A stretch of DNA of 64,000 nucleotides from an uncultured Gemmatimonadota bacterium. Its GTDB lineage: Bacteria; Blakebacterota; Blakebacteria; Blakebacterales; Blakebacteraceae. The notes beneath the pieces are model-generated. The model was not told where the DNA came from. It did not search any database and was given only the letters and a program-made list of their open reading frames with translations. The stretch lies in the NCBI GenBank assembly GCA_964576115.1, contig CAZNUA010000004.1:56968-120967 (forward strand), read 5' to 3'. The position numbers and the translations under genes are program-made. This document shows positions 44,557 to 52,957 of this stretch, piece by piece. How positions within the stretch are numbered: the first letter of the stretch is position 1; the number at the start of each line of letters is the position of its first letter.

Positions 44557-45897
44557 ATGTTTGACGCCCTCACCGCCAGATTGACACCGGTATTGAGCCG
44601 CCTGCGCGGACGGGGAGTCCTGACCGAGGAGAATATCGGCGAAGCCCTGCGCGAGGTGCGCCGGGCCCTCCTCGAGGCCGACGTCAACGTGGCGGTGGCG
44701 CGGACGTTCATCGACAGAATCAGAGCTTCGGCTCCGGGGACCGGGATAACCCGCGGTGTCGGTGCCGGACAGCAGCTGATCAGGATCGTCCACGACGAAC
44801 TGACCGTTCTGCTCGGCGGCGAACCAGCCGGCGAGATCATTGCGGCCGACTCCCCCCGCGGGCGGATCATGGTCGTGGGTCTGCAGGGTTCGGGCAAGAC
44901 GACGCTGTGCGGCAAGCTCGCCCGGCGTCTGGGCGGGCCGGGCCGGTCTGTGGCCCTGCTCGGTCTCGATCCCTACCGTCCGGCCGCGGGCGAGCAACTG
45001 CTCCGGCTCGGGGAGCAGCTCGAGGTGCCGGCGGCCGTTCTGGACCCGGGCCTGGATCCGGTCGCAGAAGGCCGACGGAGATGCGCGGCGCTCGAAAAAG
45101 AGGGGGCCGGCCTGATCCTGATCGACACCGCCGGACGGCAGACGGTCGACCAACGCCTGATGGACGAACTGGCGGCGGTTCACGAGACTTTCGAACCGCT
45201 CCGGACCCTGCTGGTCCTCGATGCCATGACCGGGCAGGATGCGGTCCGTACGGCCGAGTCGTTTACGGCCCGGGTGCCCTGTTCGGGTGCGGTGTTGACC
45301 AAACTCGACGGGGATGCGCGCGGCGGAGCGGCGCTCTCACTGCGCGAAACGGCAGGGGTTCCGATCGTCTATGCCGGTACCGGCGAGGGACTCGACGATC
45401 TCGAGCTCTTCCACCCCGAGCGCATGGCCGACCGGATCCTCGGCATGGGCGATGTCGTGACCCTGGTCGAAAAAGCCGCCCGGGAAGCCGGCGGCGAGGC
45501 GGCCCTGGCCGAGGAAGGAGAGCGTTTCCTCGAGGGCGGTTTCACCCTCGAGGACTTCAGAAAGCAGATCAGCCGCCTGCGGTCCATGGGGCCGCTCAGC
45601 GATGTGGTTGGTCTGCTGCCCGGTCAGCTGCTCGGCCGGATGCCGGACCAGCAGCTGGATGACGGGGCCTTTGTCGCTCTGGAGGCGATCATCGACAGCA
45701 TGACGCCCGAAGAGCGGCGTCGGCCGGCGATCATCAACGCCAGCCGGCGCCGGCGGATCGCCCGGGGCAGCGGGCGGAGCGTTCAGGAAGTCAACGGTCT
45801 GCTCAAGCAGTATGACATGATGCAGAAAATGGCTCGCCGGCTCAAAGGGCGGGCCGGCGGCCGGCGGGGCCGCAGAACGATCCCGCCGCTCGCCTGA
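44557..45897 (+). CDS. ffh: Signal recognition particle protein Ffh
   Basis: N-domain, a G-domain with GTPase motifs (GLQGSGKTT, DTAGR, TKLDGDARGG) and an M-domain. Confidence 0.95.
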   Translation: MFDALTARLTPVLSRLRGRGVLTEENIGEALREVRRALLEADVNVAVARTFIDRIRASAPGTGITRGVGAGQQLIRIVHDELTVLLGGEPAGEIIAADSPRGRIMVVGLQGSGKTTLCGKLARRLGGPGRSVALLGLDPYRPAAGEQLLRLGEQLEVPAAVLDPGLDPVAEGRRRCAALEKEGAGLILIDTAGRQTVDQRLMDELAAVHETFEPLRTLLVLDAMTGQDAVRTAESFTARVPCSGAVLTKLDGDARGGAALSLRETAGVPIVYAGTGEGLDDLELFHPERMADRILGMGDVVTLVEKAAREAGGEAALAEEGERFLEGGFTLEDFRKQISRLRSMGPLSDVVGLLPGQLLGRMPDQQLDDGAFVALEAIIDSMTPEERRRPAIINASRRRRIARGSGRSVQEVNGLLKQYDMMQKMARRLKGRAGGRRGRRTIPPLA

Positions 45898-45973
45898 ACG
45901 GTACCGGCCCTCGATTGCGGGAGCCGGAGAATATCGCGTTCCGGTATCGGAACACGGCTGAAGGAGAAGGGCA

Positions 45974-46516
45974 GTGGCAACACGCATTCGGCTCCGGAGA
46001 ACGGGGAAGAAGAAGCAGGCCTACTACCGGGTGGTTGTGGCCGACGCACGGAGCCCGCGCGACGGACGCTTCATCGAGGTGTTAGGCAACTATAACCCGC
46101 AGACAGACCCCGCCCGGGTGACGATAGATGAGGAGCGGGCTCTTTACTGGCTCAAGAACGGTGCCCGGCCTTCCGACACCGTCATGAGTCTGCTCAGCAA
46201 AACGGGGATCCTGGCGCGCCTGGCCGCCGAGCGGCCCGACAGTCCCCTGCTGGCCAGACCGGTGAAGAAGAAGCGGATCGTTGCGGCGCCCCCGGAAGAG
46301 AAGGAACCGGCGGGCGAATCCGAACCGGCTCCGGCCGAAACCGAAGCAGCGACAGTTCCCGAGACGCCCGAGGTCGAGGCCGAGGCCGAAACCGAAGCAG
46401 CGGCCGATCCCGAGACGCCCGAGGTCGAGGCTGAGGACGAAACCGAGGCCGAAACCGAAGCGGGCGGCGAGACACCCGCCGGGGAAGCCGAAGCAGGTGA
46501 CGATCAGACCGCGTGA
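45974..46516 (+). CDS. rpsP: 30S ribosomal protein S16 with an acidic, repeat-containing C-terminal extension
   Basis: [42 protein letters not shown] is canonical S16 (about 80 aa). This is followed by about 100 residues of Glu/Ala/Thr/Pro-rich repeats. Confidence 0.9.
   Translation: MATRIRLRRTGKKKQAYYRVVVADARSPRDGRFIEVLGNYNPQTDPARVTIDEERALYWLKNGARPSDTVMSLLSKTGILARLAAERPDSPLLARPVKKKRIVAAPPEEKEPAGESEPAPAETEAATVPETPEVEAEAETEAAADPETPEVEAEDETEAETEAGGETPAGEAEAGDDQTA
46337..46495 (+). repeat. In-frame tandem repeat of 51 bp (two full units plus a degenerate partial third). It encodes ETEAA[12 protein letters not shown] repeats in the S16 tail.
   Basis: Unit 1 (46337-46387) and unit 2 (46388-46438) are near-identical in DNA sequence: gaaaccgaagcagcg…cccgagacgcccgaggtcgaggc. 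Confidence 0.7.
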
Positions 46517-47084
46517 CACCCTGTCACCCGATGACCTGGTCGAGATCGGGATCGTCGCCAGACCGTGGGGAGTACGGGGCGAGGTCAAAGTCCGGCCGAC
46601 CTCCGATATCCCCGATCGTTTTGCCCGGCTCGCCGGAGTCTGGCTCTTCGACGGCCGGGACGAGATCCGCTATCATGCCCTGACCGGCACCAGGCGGCTC
46701 AACGACGCCGTCGTTCTCGCCCTGGAGGGGGTCGACTCCCGCGAGGCGGCCGAGGCGCTGAGGAACTGGACCGTGTCGGTGCCCGAGGGCGAGCGGGCCC
46801 CGCTGAACGAGGATGAGTACTACATCGACAACCTGATCGGGCTCGAGGTCTGGGGCCGGACGGGTGAGTCCCTCGGGCGCCTGACCCGGGTTTTTCAGGG
46901 AGCCGCCCAGGATGTCTTTGAAATCACGACCGCCGACGGACCCGTTCTGGTGCCCGCCGTGGCTGCCTGGATCGACACGATCGATCTGGATGCGGGCCGG
47001 ATGGTGGTCGAGCTGCCGATAGTCGAGGAAGTGCGCCCCGGCGAGGAAACCGCTCTCGAAGAATCAGTCGAGGAGGGGCCCTGA
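46497..47084 (+). CDS. rimM: Ribosome maturation factor RimM
   Basis: …[26 protein letters not shown]… is the RimM N-terminal beta-barrel, followed by a PRC-barrel C-terminus. The start is uncertain: GTG at 46497 overlaps the end of rpsP. Confidence 0.75.
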   Translation: MTIRPRDTLSPDDLVEIGIVARPWGVRGEVKVRPTSDIPDRFARLAGVWLFDGRDEIRYHALTGTRRLNDAVVLALEGVDSREAAEALRNWTVSVPEGERAPLNEDEYYIDNLIGLEVWGRTGESLGRLTRVFQGAAQDVFEITTADGPVLVPAVAAWIDTIDLDAGRMVVELPIVEEVRPGEETALEESVEEGP

Positions 47085-47086
47085 GG

Positions 47087-47884
47087 ATGGAGGTGCACGT
47101 CCTGACCCTGTTCCCGGGCTACTTCGCCGGGCCTCTTGACACCGGCCTGCTGGGCCGGGCAGTCGATGAGGGAGCGGCACAGGTCCGGGTTCGCGACCTG
47201 CGGGAGTGGACCCACGACCGGCACCGCACCGCCGACGACTACGCCTTCGGAGGCGGACCGGGGATGGTGCTCAAACCCGAACCGTTCTTCGAGGCCCTGG
47301 AGAGCCTGCGGGATGAGGGCCTGCCGGCCGACGCTCCGGTCCTCCTGACCTCGCCCCAGGGGCGGATTTTCGATAGCGAGGCGGCTCGGGAACTGAGTGC
47401 AGCCGGCACCTTCGTCATCCTCTGCGGCCGGTACCGGGGGGTGGACGAGAGGGTGCGGGAGGCGCTGGTCTCGCACGAGTACAGCATCGGGGATGTGATC
47501 CTGAACGGTGGCGAGGTCGCCGCTCTGGCCATCATCGAAGCGGTGGCCCGGCTCGAGCCCGGCGCCATGAGCGATCCCGGGAGCGCGGCCTCCGATTCGT
47601 TCGCAACCGGCCTGCTCGATCATCCCCATTACACCCGGCCGGCTTCCTACCGGGGCATGAGCGTACCCGAGGTGCTGCTCTCCGGGGACCATGCGGCGAT
47701 TGCGCAGTGGCGTCGGGAAGGGGCCCTGAGGGCGACACACGAACGCCGTCCCGATCTGCTGCGGACGGCCGAACTGACCGGGGAGGAGCGCCGCTTCCTC
47801 ACCGGTCTCGAGACGGAAAGCATGGCGGTTGAAGGGGAACCGGCCGGGGGGCCGGATTCCGATCACCGAGAAGAGGAGACATGA
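47087..47884 (+). CDS. trmD: tRNA (guanine37-N1)-methyltransferase
   Basis: [13 protein letters not shown]…[17 protein letters not shown]…; the TrmD SPOUT fold. Confidence 0.9.
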   Translation: MEVHVLTLFPGYFAGPLDTGLLGRAVDEGAAQVRVRDLREWTHDRHRTADDYAFGGGPGMVLKPEPFFEALESLRDEGLPADAPVLLTSPQGRIFDSEAARELSAAGTFVILCGRYRGVDERVREALVSHEYSIGDVILNGGEVAALAIIEAVARLEPGAMSDPGSAASDSFATGLLDHPHYTRPASYRGMSVPEVLLSGDHAAIAQWRREGALRATHERRPDLLRTAELTGEERRFLTGLETESMAVEGEPAGGPDSDHREEET

Positions 47885-47885
47885 C

Positions 47886-48296
47886 ATGAAGCGCCTGGAG
47901 AGTGTGGCCGGTGCCCAGCTGAGGACCGACCTGCCCGATTTCAAACCGGGCGATACCGTGCGGGTTCACGTGCGGGTGATCGAAGGGGAGAAAGAGCGGG
48001 TCCAGGTTTTCGAGGGGATCGTGATCGGAATGCGCGGTTCGCGACAGGGCCGGACCTTCACCGTCCGCAAAGTATCGGGCGGAATCGGCGTCGAGCGGAT
48101 CTTCCCGCTCAATTCGCCGATGATCAAGACCGTCGAGGTGAGCCGCCGGGGCCGGGTGCGGCGGGCCAAACTCACCTATCTGCGCAAGCGGGTCGGGAAA
48201 AAGGCCCGGGTCAGGGAACGCCGGTTCGGCGCGGGGACCGGCGCCGCACAGGAACCGGCCGGGCAGGACGACGACGGAATCGGCCCGAACGACTGA
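47886..48296 (+). CDS. rplS: 50S ribosomal protein L19
   Basis: [51 protein letters not shown]…; RBS AAGAGGAGA lies upstream. It carries a short C-terminal extension. Confidence 0.9.
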   Translation: MKRLESVAGAQLRTDLPDFKPGDTVRVHVRVIEGEKERVQVFEGIVIGMRGSRQGRTFTVRKVSGGIGVERIFPLNSPMIKTVEVSRRGRVRRAKLTYLRKRVGKKARVRERRFGAGTGAAQEPAGQDDDGIGPND

Positions 48297-48302
48297 TCGG
48301 AC

Positions 48303-49466
48303 ATGGACCCGCGCGGCCTGAGCCTGCAGGCGCTACGAGAGCTTCTGGAGGCCGTCACCGAATCGGTCGAGCGGGAGCGCCTGGTAGCGGCGCTGGAGGA
48401 CGATCCCCGCATCGGGGCCCGCAAGCTGGCGCGCAAAGCCCGTTCTGAAGACGAAAAGGCCCGCCGACGGGAGGCCCGATGGCGGGCCTTCTGCGATCCG
48501 GAGCGTCAGCTCAGAGAACAGGGATACCGCCGGGTGGCCGGGATCGACGAGGCCGGACGCGGTCCCCTGGCCGGTCCGGTGGTGGCGGCGGCGGTCATCC
48601 TTCCCCCCGATTTCGTGCACCATCCCCTCGATGATTCCAAACGGATGACCCCCCGGGCGCGTCGGATTGCCGAGGCCGCGATCACCGAAGCCGCCGAGGC
48701 CTGGGCGATCGGCAGCGCCGAACCCGGCGAGATCGACAGTCACAACATCGTGGGGGCGCTCCTGCTCGCGATCGACCGGGCGCTGGAACAGTTCGATCCG
48801 CCGGCCGACTTCGCCCTGGTCGACGGCCGTCCCCTGAGCCGCTGCCGGGTGCCCCACCGGGCCCTGGTGGGGGGCGACGGCCGCTGTCGGGCCATTGCCG
48901 CGGCGAGCGTTCTGGCCAAGGAGGAACGGGACCGGATCATGATCGCATTCGATCGACGCTACCCCGGGTACGGTTTCGCTCAACACAAGGGGTATGCGAC
49001 CGCCGCCCATCGCGAGGCTCTCGATCGTTCGGGACTCACCCCGATCCATCGGCGCAGCTTTCTCTCCCGCGCCCGGCAGCTGACCCTGAATCGGGAGGCC
49101 GCCGAAACCCCGCAGGGGTGGGGGGCGCGGGCCGAAGACCGGGTTGCAGCCGACTATCGGGCCCGGGGGTATACCGTGCTACACCGGCGGTGGCGCGGTG
49201 GGGGCGGGGAGCTCGATCTGGTCTGCCTGGGACAAGACACGATCGTGGTGGTCGAAATCAAAGCCGCCCGCGGTTCCACCGCCGGTCCGCCTCTGGCCTG
49301 GCTGGGGGACGATCAACGCCGGCGTATCCGTCGGGCCACGGCACAGCTGCTCGAGGAGCTGGGCGGTCTGCGGCGCGGCCGGGAACTGAGGTTCGATCTC
49401 ATCGGTGTGGTCGACCGGACCGACGGACCTCCCGATCTCACCCGCCTGGAGGGGGTGGAATTATGA
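48303..49466 (+). CDS. rnhB: Fusion protein: ribonuclease HII with a Firmicutes-type N-terminal extension, joined to a YraN-family (UPF0102) endonuclease-like domain
   Basis: RNase HII motifs (GIDEAGRGPLAGPVVAAAVIL…DSKR…FAQHKGY…HRRSF) cover residues about 75-265. The C-terminal 115 residues (GWGARAEDRVAADYRARGYTVLHRRWRGGGGELDLVCLGQDTIVVVEIKAAR…RFDLIGVV) are a typical YraN domain. The two are in one uninterrupted frame. Confidence 0.8.
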   Translation: MDPRGLSLQALRELLEAVTESVERERLVAALEDDPRIGARKLARKARSEDEKARRREARWRAFCDPERQLREQGYRRVAGIDEAGRGPLAGPVVAAAVILPPDFVHHPLDDSKRMTPRARRIAEAAITEAAEAWAIGSAEPGEIDSHNIVGALLLAIDRALEQFDPPADFALVDGRPLSRCRVPHRALVGGDGRCRAIAAASVLAKEERDRIMIAFDRRYPGYGFAQHKGYATAAHREALDRSGLTPIHRRSFLSRARQLTLNREAAETPQGWGARAEDRVAADYRARGYTVLHRRWRGGGGELDLVCLGQDTIVVVEIKAARGSTAGPPLAWLGDDQRRRIRRATAQLLEELGGLRRGRELRFDLIGVVDRTDGPPDLTRLEGVEL

Positions 49467-50758
49467 CCTCAGGGCACGGCGGCAACCGGCGCGAGCTGCT
49501 GGGGTGGTATCTCTACGACTTCGCCAATACCAGCTTCACGGTGGTGATCGTCACGGTCGCCTATGCTATCTATTTCCGCACGTATGTGGTCGGCGACCTG
49601 AGTCTGAACCTGCCCCTGCTCGGCTCGCGTCCGGTGGGAGAGTTTCTCTGGGGGGCGGGTAACTCGCTCTCGATGCTCCTGGTCGGGCTTTCCAGTCCCT
49701 ACCTGGGAGCGATCGCCGACTCTACCGCCCGCAAGAAGCTCTTCACGGCCGTCTACACCCTGGCCTGTGTTCTGCCGACCGCCTTGATGGTTACGGTCGG
49801 GGCCGGCGATATCGTCTGGGGGCTGCTTCTCTTCGTCCTCGGGAACATCGGTTTTCAGGGAGGGCTGGTCTTCTACAACGCCTTTCTGCCTCAGATCAGT
49901 CCGCCGGGCCGGATCGGCACGGTCTCGGGGGTCGGTTTCGCCTGGGGATATGTCGGGGCCCTGGCATCGCTCCTGATTGCGCTGCCCTTCGCGAACCGGG
50001 CCACCGAGCTGGGCGATTACGGCGTCATGGCGCCCCTCTTCGTGCTCTCGGCTCTCTTTTTCGCTCTCTTCGCGGTGCCGTTCTTTCTCTTCGTACGCGA
50101 ACGTCCCGCCACCGCTGGATCGGCGGTCGCGGCCTGGCGGGCGGGGTGGCACCGGGTCCGCGAGACCCTGGGGCACCTGCACCGGTACCGGCAGACGGCC
50201 CGGTTTCTGCTGGCCTATTTCATCTACTCCGACGGAATCAACACCGTTATCGCTTTCGGCGGGATCTACGCCCTTTATATCGGTCTGACCGCCACGCAGG
50301 TGATCGTCTTCTTCGCCGTGATTCAGCTCGCGGCCATCGGGGGAGCCTGGTCGCTGGGGCGGCTGACCGATCGGTGGGGAGCCAGACCGACCATCGAGCT
50401 CACCCTCGGTATCTGGGTCGCGATGACCCTGCTGGCCTTCCTCACCCGCACGGTCGGTACCTTCTACGCCGTCGGCGTGCTGGCCGGAGTGGCGATGGGC
50501 TCGAGTCAGGCCGCCAGCCGTGCCCTGATGGCCGAACTCACACCGGCCAACCGCGAGGCGGAGTTCTACGGTTTCTACGGTCTATGCGGGAAGTTCTCGG
50601 CGATCCTGGGTACCATCGTCTACGGACTGGTCAGCATGCTGGCGGGCAGTCAGCGCTGGGCGGTCCTGTCGATCACCCTGTTCTTCGTCGTCGGCTGGAT
50701 TCTGCTCCGGCGGGTGGATGTGGCGCGGGGGCGGGCGGCGATCGCCGGGGTGCAGTGA
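49463..50758 (+). CDS. MFS transporter, UMF1/Atg22-like family
   Basis: A polytopic membrane protein of about 12 TM helices. The N-terminal motif (LLGWYLYDFANTSFTVVIV) resembles the UMF1 family signature. Confidence 0.55.
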   Translation: MTSGHGGNRRELLGWYLYDFANTSFTVVIVTVAYAIYFRTYVVGDLSLNLPLLGSRPVGEFLWGAGNSLSMLLVGLSSPYLGAIADSTARKKLFTAVYTLACVLPTALMVTVGAGDIVWGLLLFVLGNIGFQGGLVFYNAFLPQISPPGRIGTVSGVGFAWGYVGALASLLIALPFANRATELGDYGVMAPLFVLSALFFALFAVPFFLFVRERPATAGSAVAAWRAGWHRVRETLGHLHRYRQTARFLLAYFIYSDGINTVIAFGGIYALYIGLTATQVIVFFAVIQLAAIGGAWSLGRLTDRWGARPTIELTLGIWVAMTLLAFLTRTVGTFYAVGVLAGVAMGSSQAASRALMAELTPANREAEFYGFYGLCGKFSAILGTIVYGLVSMLAGSQRWAVLSITLFFVVGWILLRRVDVARGRAAIAGVQ

Positions 50759-50787
50759 CGGGCCATGGGGAAAAAAGGAGACCAGGC

Positions 50788-51984
50788 ATGAGTGACAACG
50801 AGCGCGCGATCATCCCCCGGCGGTTACGGAGGGCGCGTCAGGCGGGAGCGGTGCTGGTTCTGCTCGTAGCTGTCGCGGCGGTTGTCCCCGGATGCGAACA
50901 AAGCAAGAAATTCGCCGTCGGAGACCGGAACCAGCTCATCCTCTTCGCCGACGACGCCAACTGGCTGCGCTACGGCGAGACCCTGACCCGGATCTTCGAG
51001 CGGGAAGTGCACACCCCGCAGCTCGAGTACATCTTCAGGATCCTGCGCCGGCCCCTCGACCGGTGGGAATTCTTCACCCGTTTCTACCATATCCTTCTCT
51101 GCGCTCCCCTGGACGAGGACAGCCCGACCGGCGAGCAGGTGCGAGCCATGCTCAATGACGATGTCGAACGGCGCATCTGCAGCGAGAACCGGGCCCTGGC
51201 TCTGGTGCAGGACGATCCCTATGCCGTCGGCCAGCGCATCATCATCATCACCGCCGATACCGACCAGAACCTGCGGGCGTATCTCGATCGGGCCGGCGAA
51301 CACCTCTTCACGCTGGCCGAAGAGCACCTGAACCGTCTGACCGAGCGGCTGATCTACCGCGAAGAACGCTATGCACTCGAGGATAGCCTCTATACCGACT
51401 ACGGGTTCACGGTCCGGATACCGTGGGGTTTTCGGACCAACTTCAGCCGGTCCGACGAGAATTTCATCCGGATGATCAAGTACCAGGTCGAACGCTGGTT
51501 CTTCGCGTACTGGATTCCGGCCGAGGAGATCGACCGTCGCGGCATGAACTGGCTCGAAACCCTCGCGGAGGTCGGCCGCCGGCTCGAGCGCGACGAGGTC
51601 CCCGATCTCGATCTGGTCGATTTTCTCGGTCAGCAGGCCATGAACCTGCGCGACGACATCTGCCGCCGCTTTTACGACGGCGATATCGTGGCCCGCGACC
51701 GGACCACGGCAACGATCCGCGAAATCAACGGCCGCTGGGCGGTACGGCTGTACGGTATCTGGGAGAACGAGGTGCTGGTGGCGGGAGGTCCGCTGGTGGC
51801 ATACTGTTTCTACGATCCCGCCACGAGCCGGGTTTTCTGGCTCGACGGGGCCGTCTTCGCTCCGAACCAGAAAAAGGAAGGACAACTGCGCCAGATGGAC
51901 GTCATGCTCAATACCTTCATGAGCGGGGAAGAAGCTGCGAGCTATCTTGCCGGCCTCGAGGCCGAGATCCGTGCCGACCGGTAA
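50788..51984 (+). CDS. Hypothetical lipoprotein, 398 aa, unknown function
   Basis: Signal peptide with a lipobox (LVLLVAVAAVVPGC). The RBS AAAAGGAG sits 8 nt upstream. I recognise no confident family; it may be DUF4837-like. Confidence 0.55.
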   Translation: MSDNERAIIPRRLRRARQAGAVLVLLVAVAAVVPGCEQSKKFAVGDRNQLILFADDANWLRYGETLTRIFEREVHTPQLEYIFRILRRPLDRWEFFTRFYHILLCAPLDEDSPTGEQVRAMLNDDVERRICSENRALALVQDDPYAVGQRIIIITADTDQNLRAYLDRAGEHLFTLAEEHLNRLTERLIYREERYALEDSLYTDYGFTVRIPWGFRTNFSRSDENFIRMIKYQVERWFFAYWIPAEEIDRRGMNWLETLAEVGRRLERDEVPDLDLVDFLGQQAMNLRDDICRRFYDGDIVARDRTTATIREINGRWAVRLYGIWENEVLVAGGPLVAYCFYDPATSRVFWLDGAVFAPNQKKEGQLRQMDVMLNTFMSGEEAASYLAGLEAEIRADR

Positions 51985-52957
51985 GCGCAAGGAACGGATT
52001 CTGGTAACCGGCGGGGCCGGTTTCATCGGTTCCCACGTGGCCGATGCCGCTCTGGCCGCCGGTCATACCGTGGCCGTTCTCGACGATCTGAGTACCGGCG
52101 AGCGGGCTCTGGTGCCCCCCGAGGCGGCTTTTTACGAGGGCGATATCTGCGATGCGGCTTTCGTCGAACGGGTCTTCTCCGAATTCGAACCCGAGGTGCT
52201 CAATCACCATGCCGCCCAGATGGACATACGCCGCAGCGTCGCCGATCCGGTCTTCGATGCCCGGGTCAACATTCTCGGAACCCTGACCCTGCTGACCGCC
52301 GCGGTCAGGCACCGCACCCGGCGGGTGATATTCGCCTCGACCGGGGGCGCCTGTTACGGCGAGCAGGAGGCCTTTCCCGCCGCCGAGGACCATCCCCTGT
52401 GTCCGGTCAGTCCCTACGGGACGGCCAAGGTGGCGGTCGAAACCTACCTGGGCGCCTTTTACGCCATGTACGGGCTGTCGTATGCCGCCCTGCGGTATGC
52501 CAACGTGTACGGTCCCCGGCAGAATCCCTTCGGCGAGGCCGGCGTGGTGGCCATTTTCGCCAGCCGACTGCTTCGGGAGGTCGAGCCGGTCATCAACGGC
52601 GACGGCCGACAGACCCGCGATTACGTCTACGTGGGTGACGTGGTGGCCGCCAACCTGGCCGCGATCGAGGGGCCCGAAACGATCCGCGCCAACATCGGTA
52701 CGGGTCGCGAAACCTCGGTGACCGATCTCTACCAGGGTCTGGTCGAGGCGGTCGGATGGGGCGGGGAGGCCGAGCACGGACCGGCCAAACCGGGCGAGCA
52801 GCAGCGGTCGGTCATCGACCCGGTCCTGGCCTGGGAAACCTGGGGCTGGCGTCCGCAGGTGCCGCTTTCGGAGGGGCTCGGACGGAGTGTGGCGTATTTC
52901 CGGGTCCAGGCGGAGGGCGTCGATCCCGATCGGAGAATACGCGGTGACGGATTCTAG
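51947..52957 (+). CDS. NAD-dependent epimerase/dehydratase (UDP-glucose 4-epimerase-like SDR)
   Basis: Rossmann motif (ILVTGGAGFIGSH) and the catalytic YxxxK motif (YGTAKVAVE). The start is ambiguous: ATG at 51947 or GTG at 51971. Confidence 0.85.
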   Translation: MPASRPRSVPTGKRKERILVTGGAGFIGSHVADAALAAGHTVAVLDDLSTGERALVPPEAAFYEGDICDAAFVERVFSEFEPEVLNHHAAQMDIRRSVADPVFDARVNILGTLTLLTAAVRHRTRRVIFASTGGACYGEQEAFPAAEDHPLCPVSPYGTAKVAVETYLGAFYAMYGLSYAALRYANVYGPRQNPFGEAGVVAIFASRLLREVEPVINGDGRQTRDYVYVGDVVAANLAAIEGPETIRANIGTGRETSVTDLYQGLVEAVGWGGEAEHGPAKPGEQQRSVIDPVLAWETWGWRPQVPLSEGLGRSVAYFRVQAEGVDPDRRIRGDGF

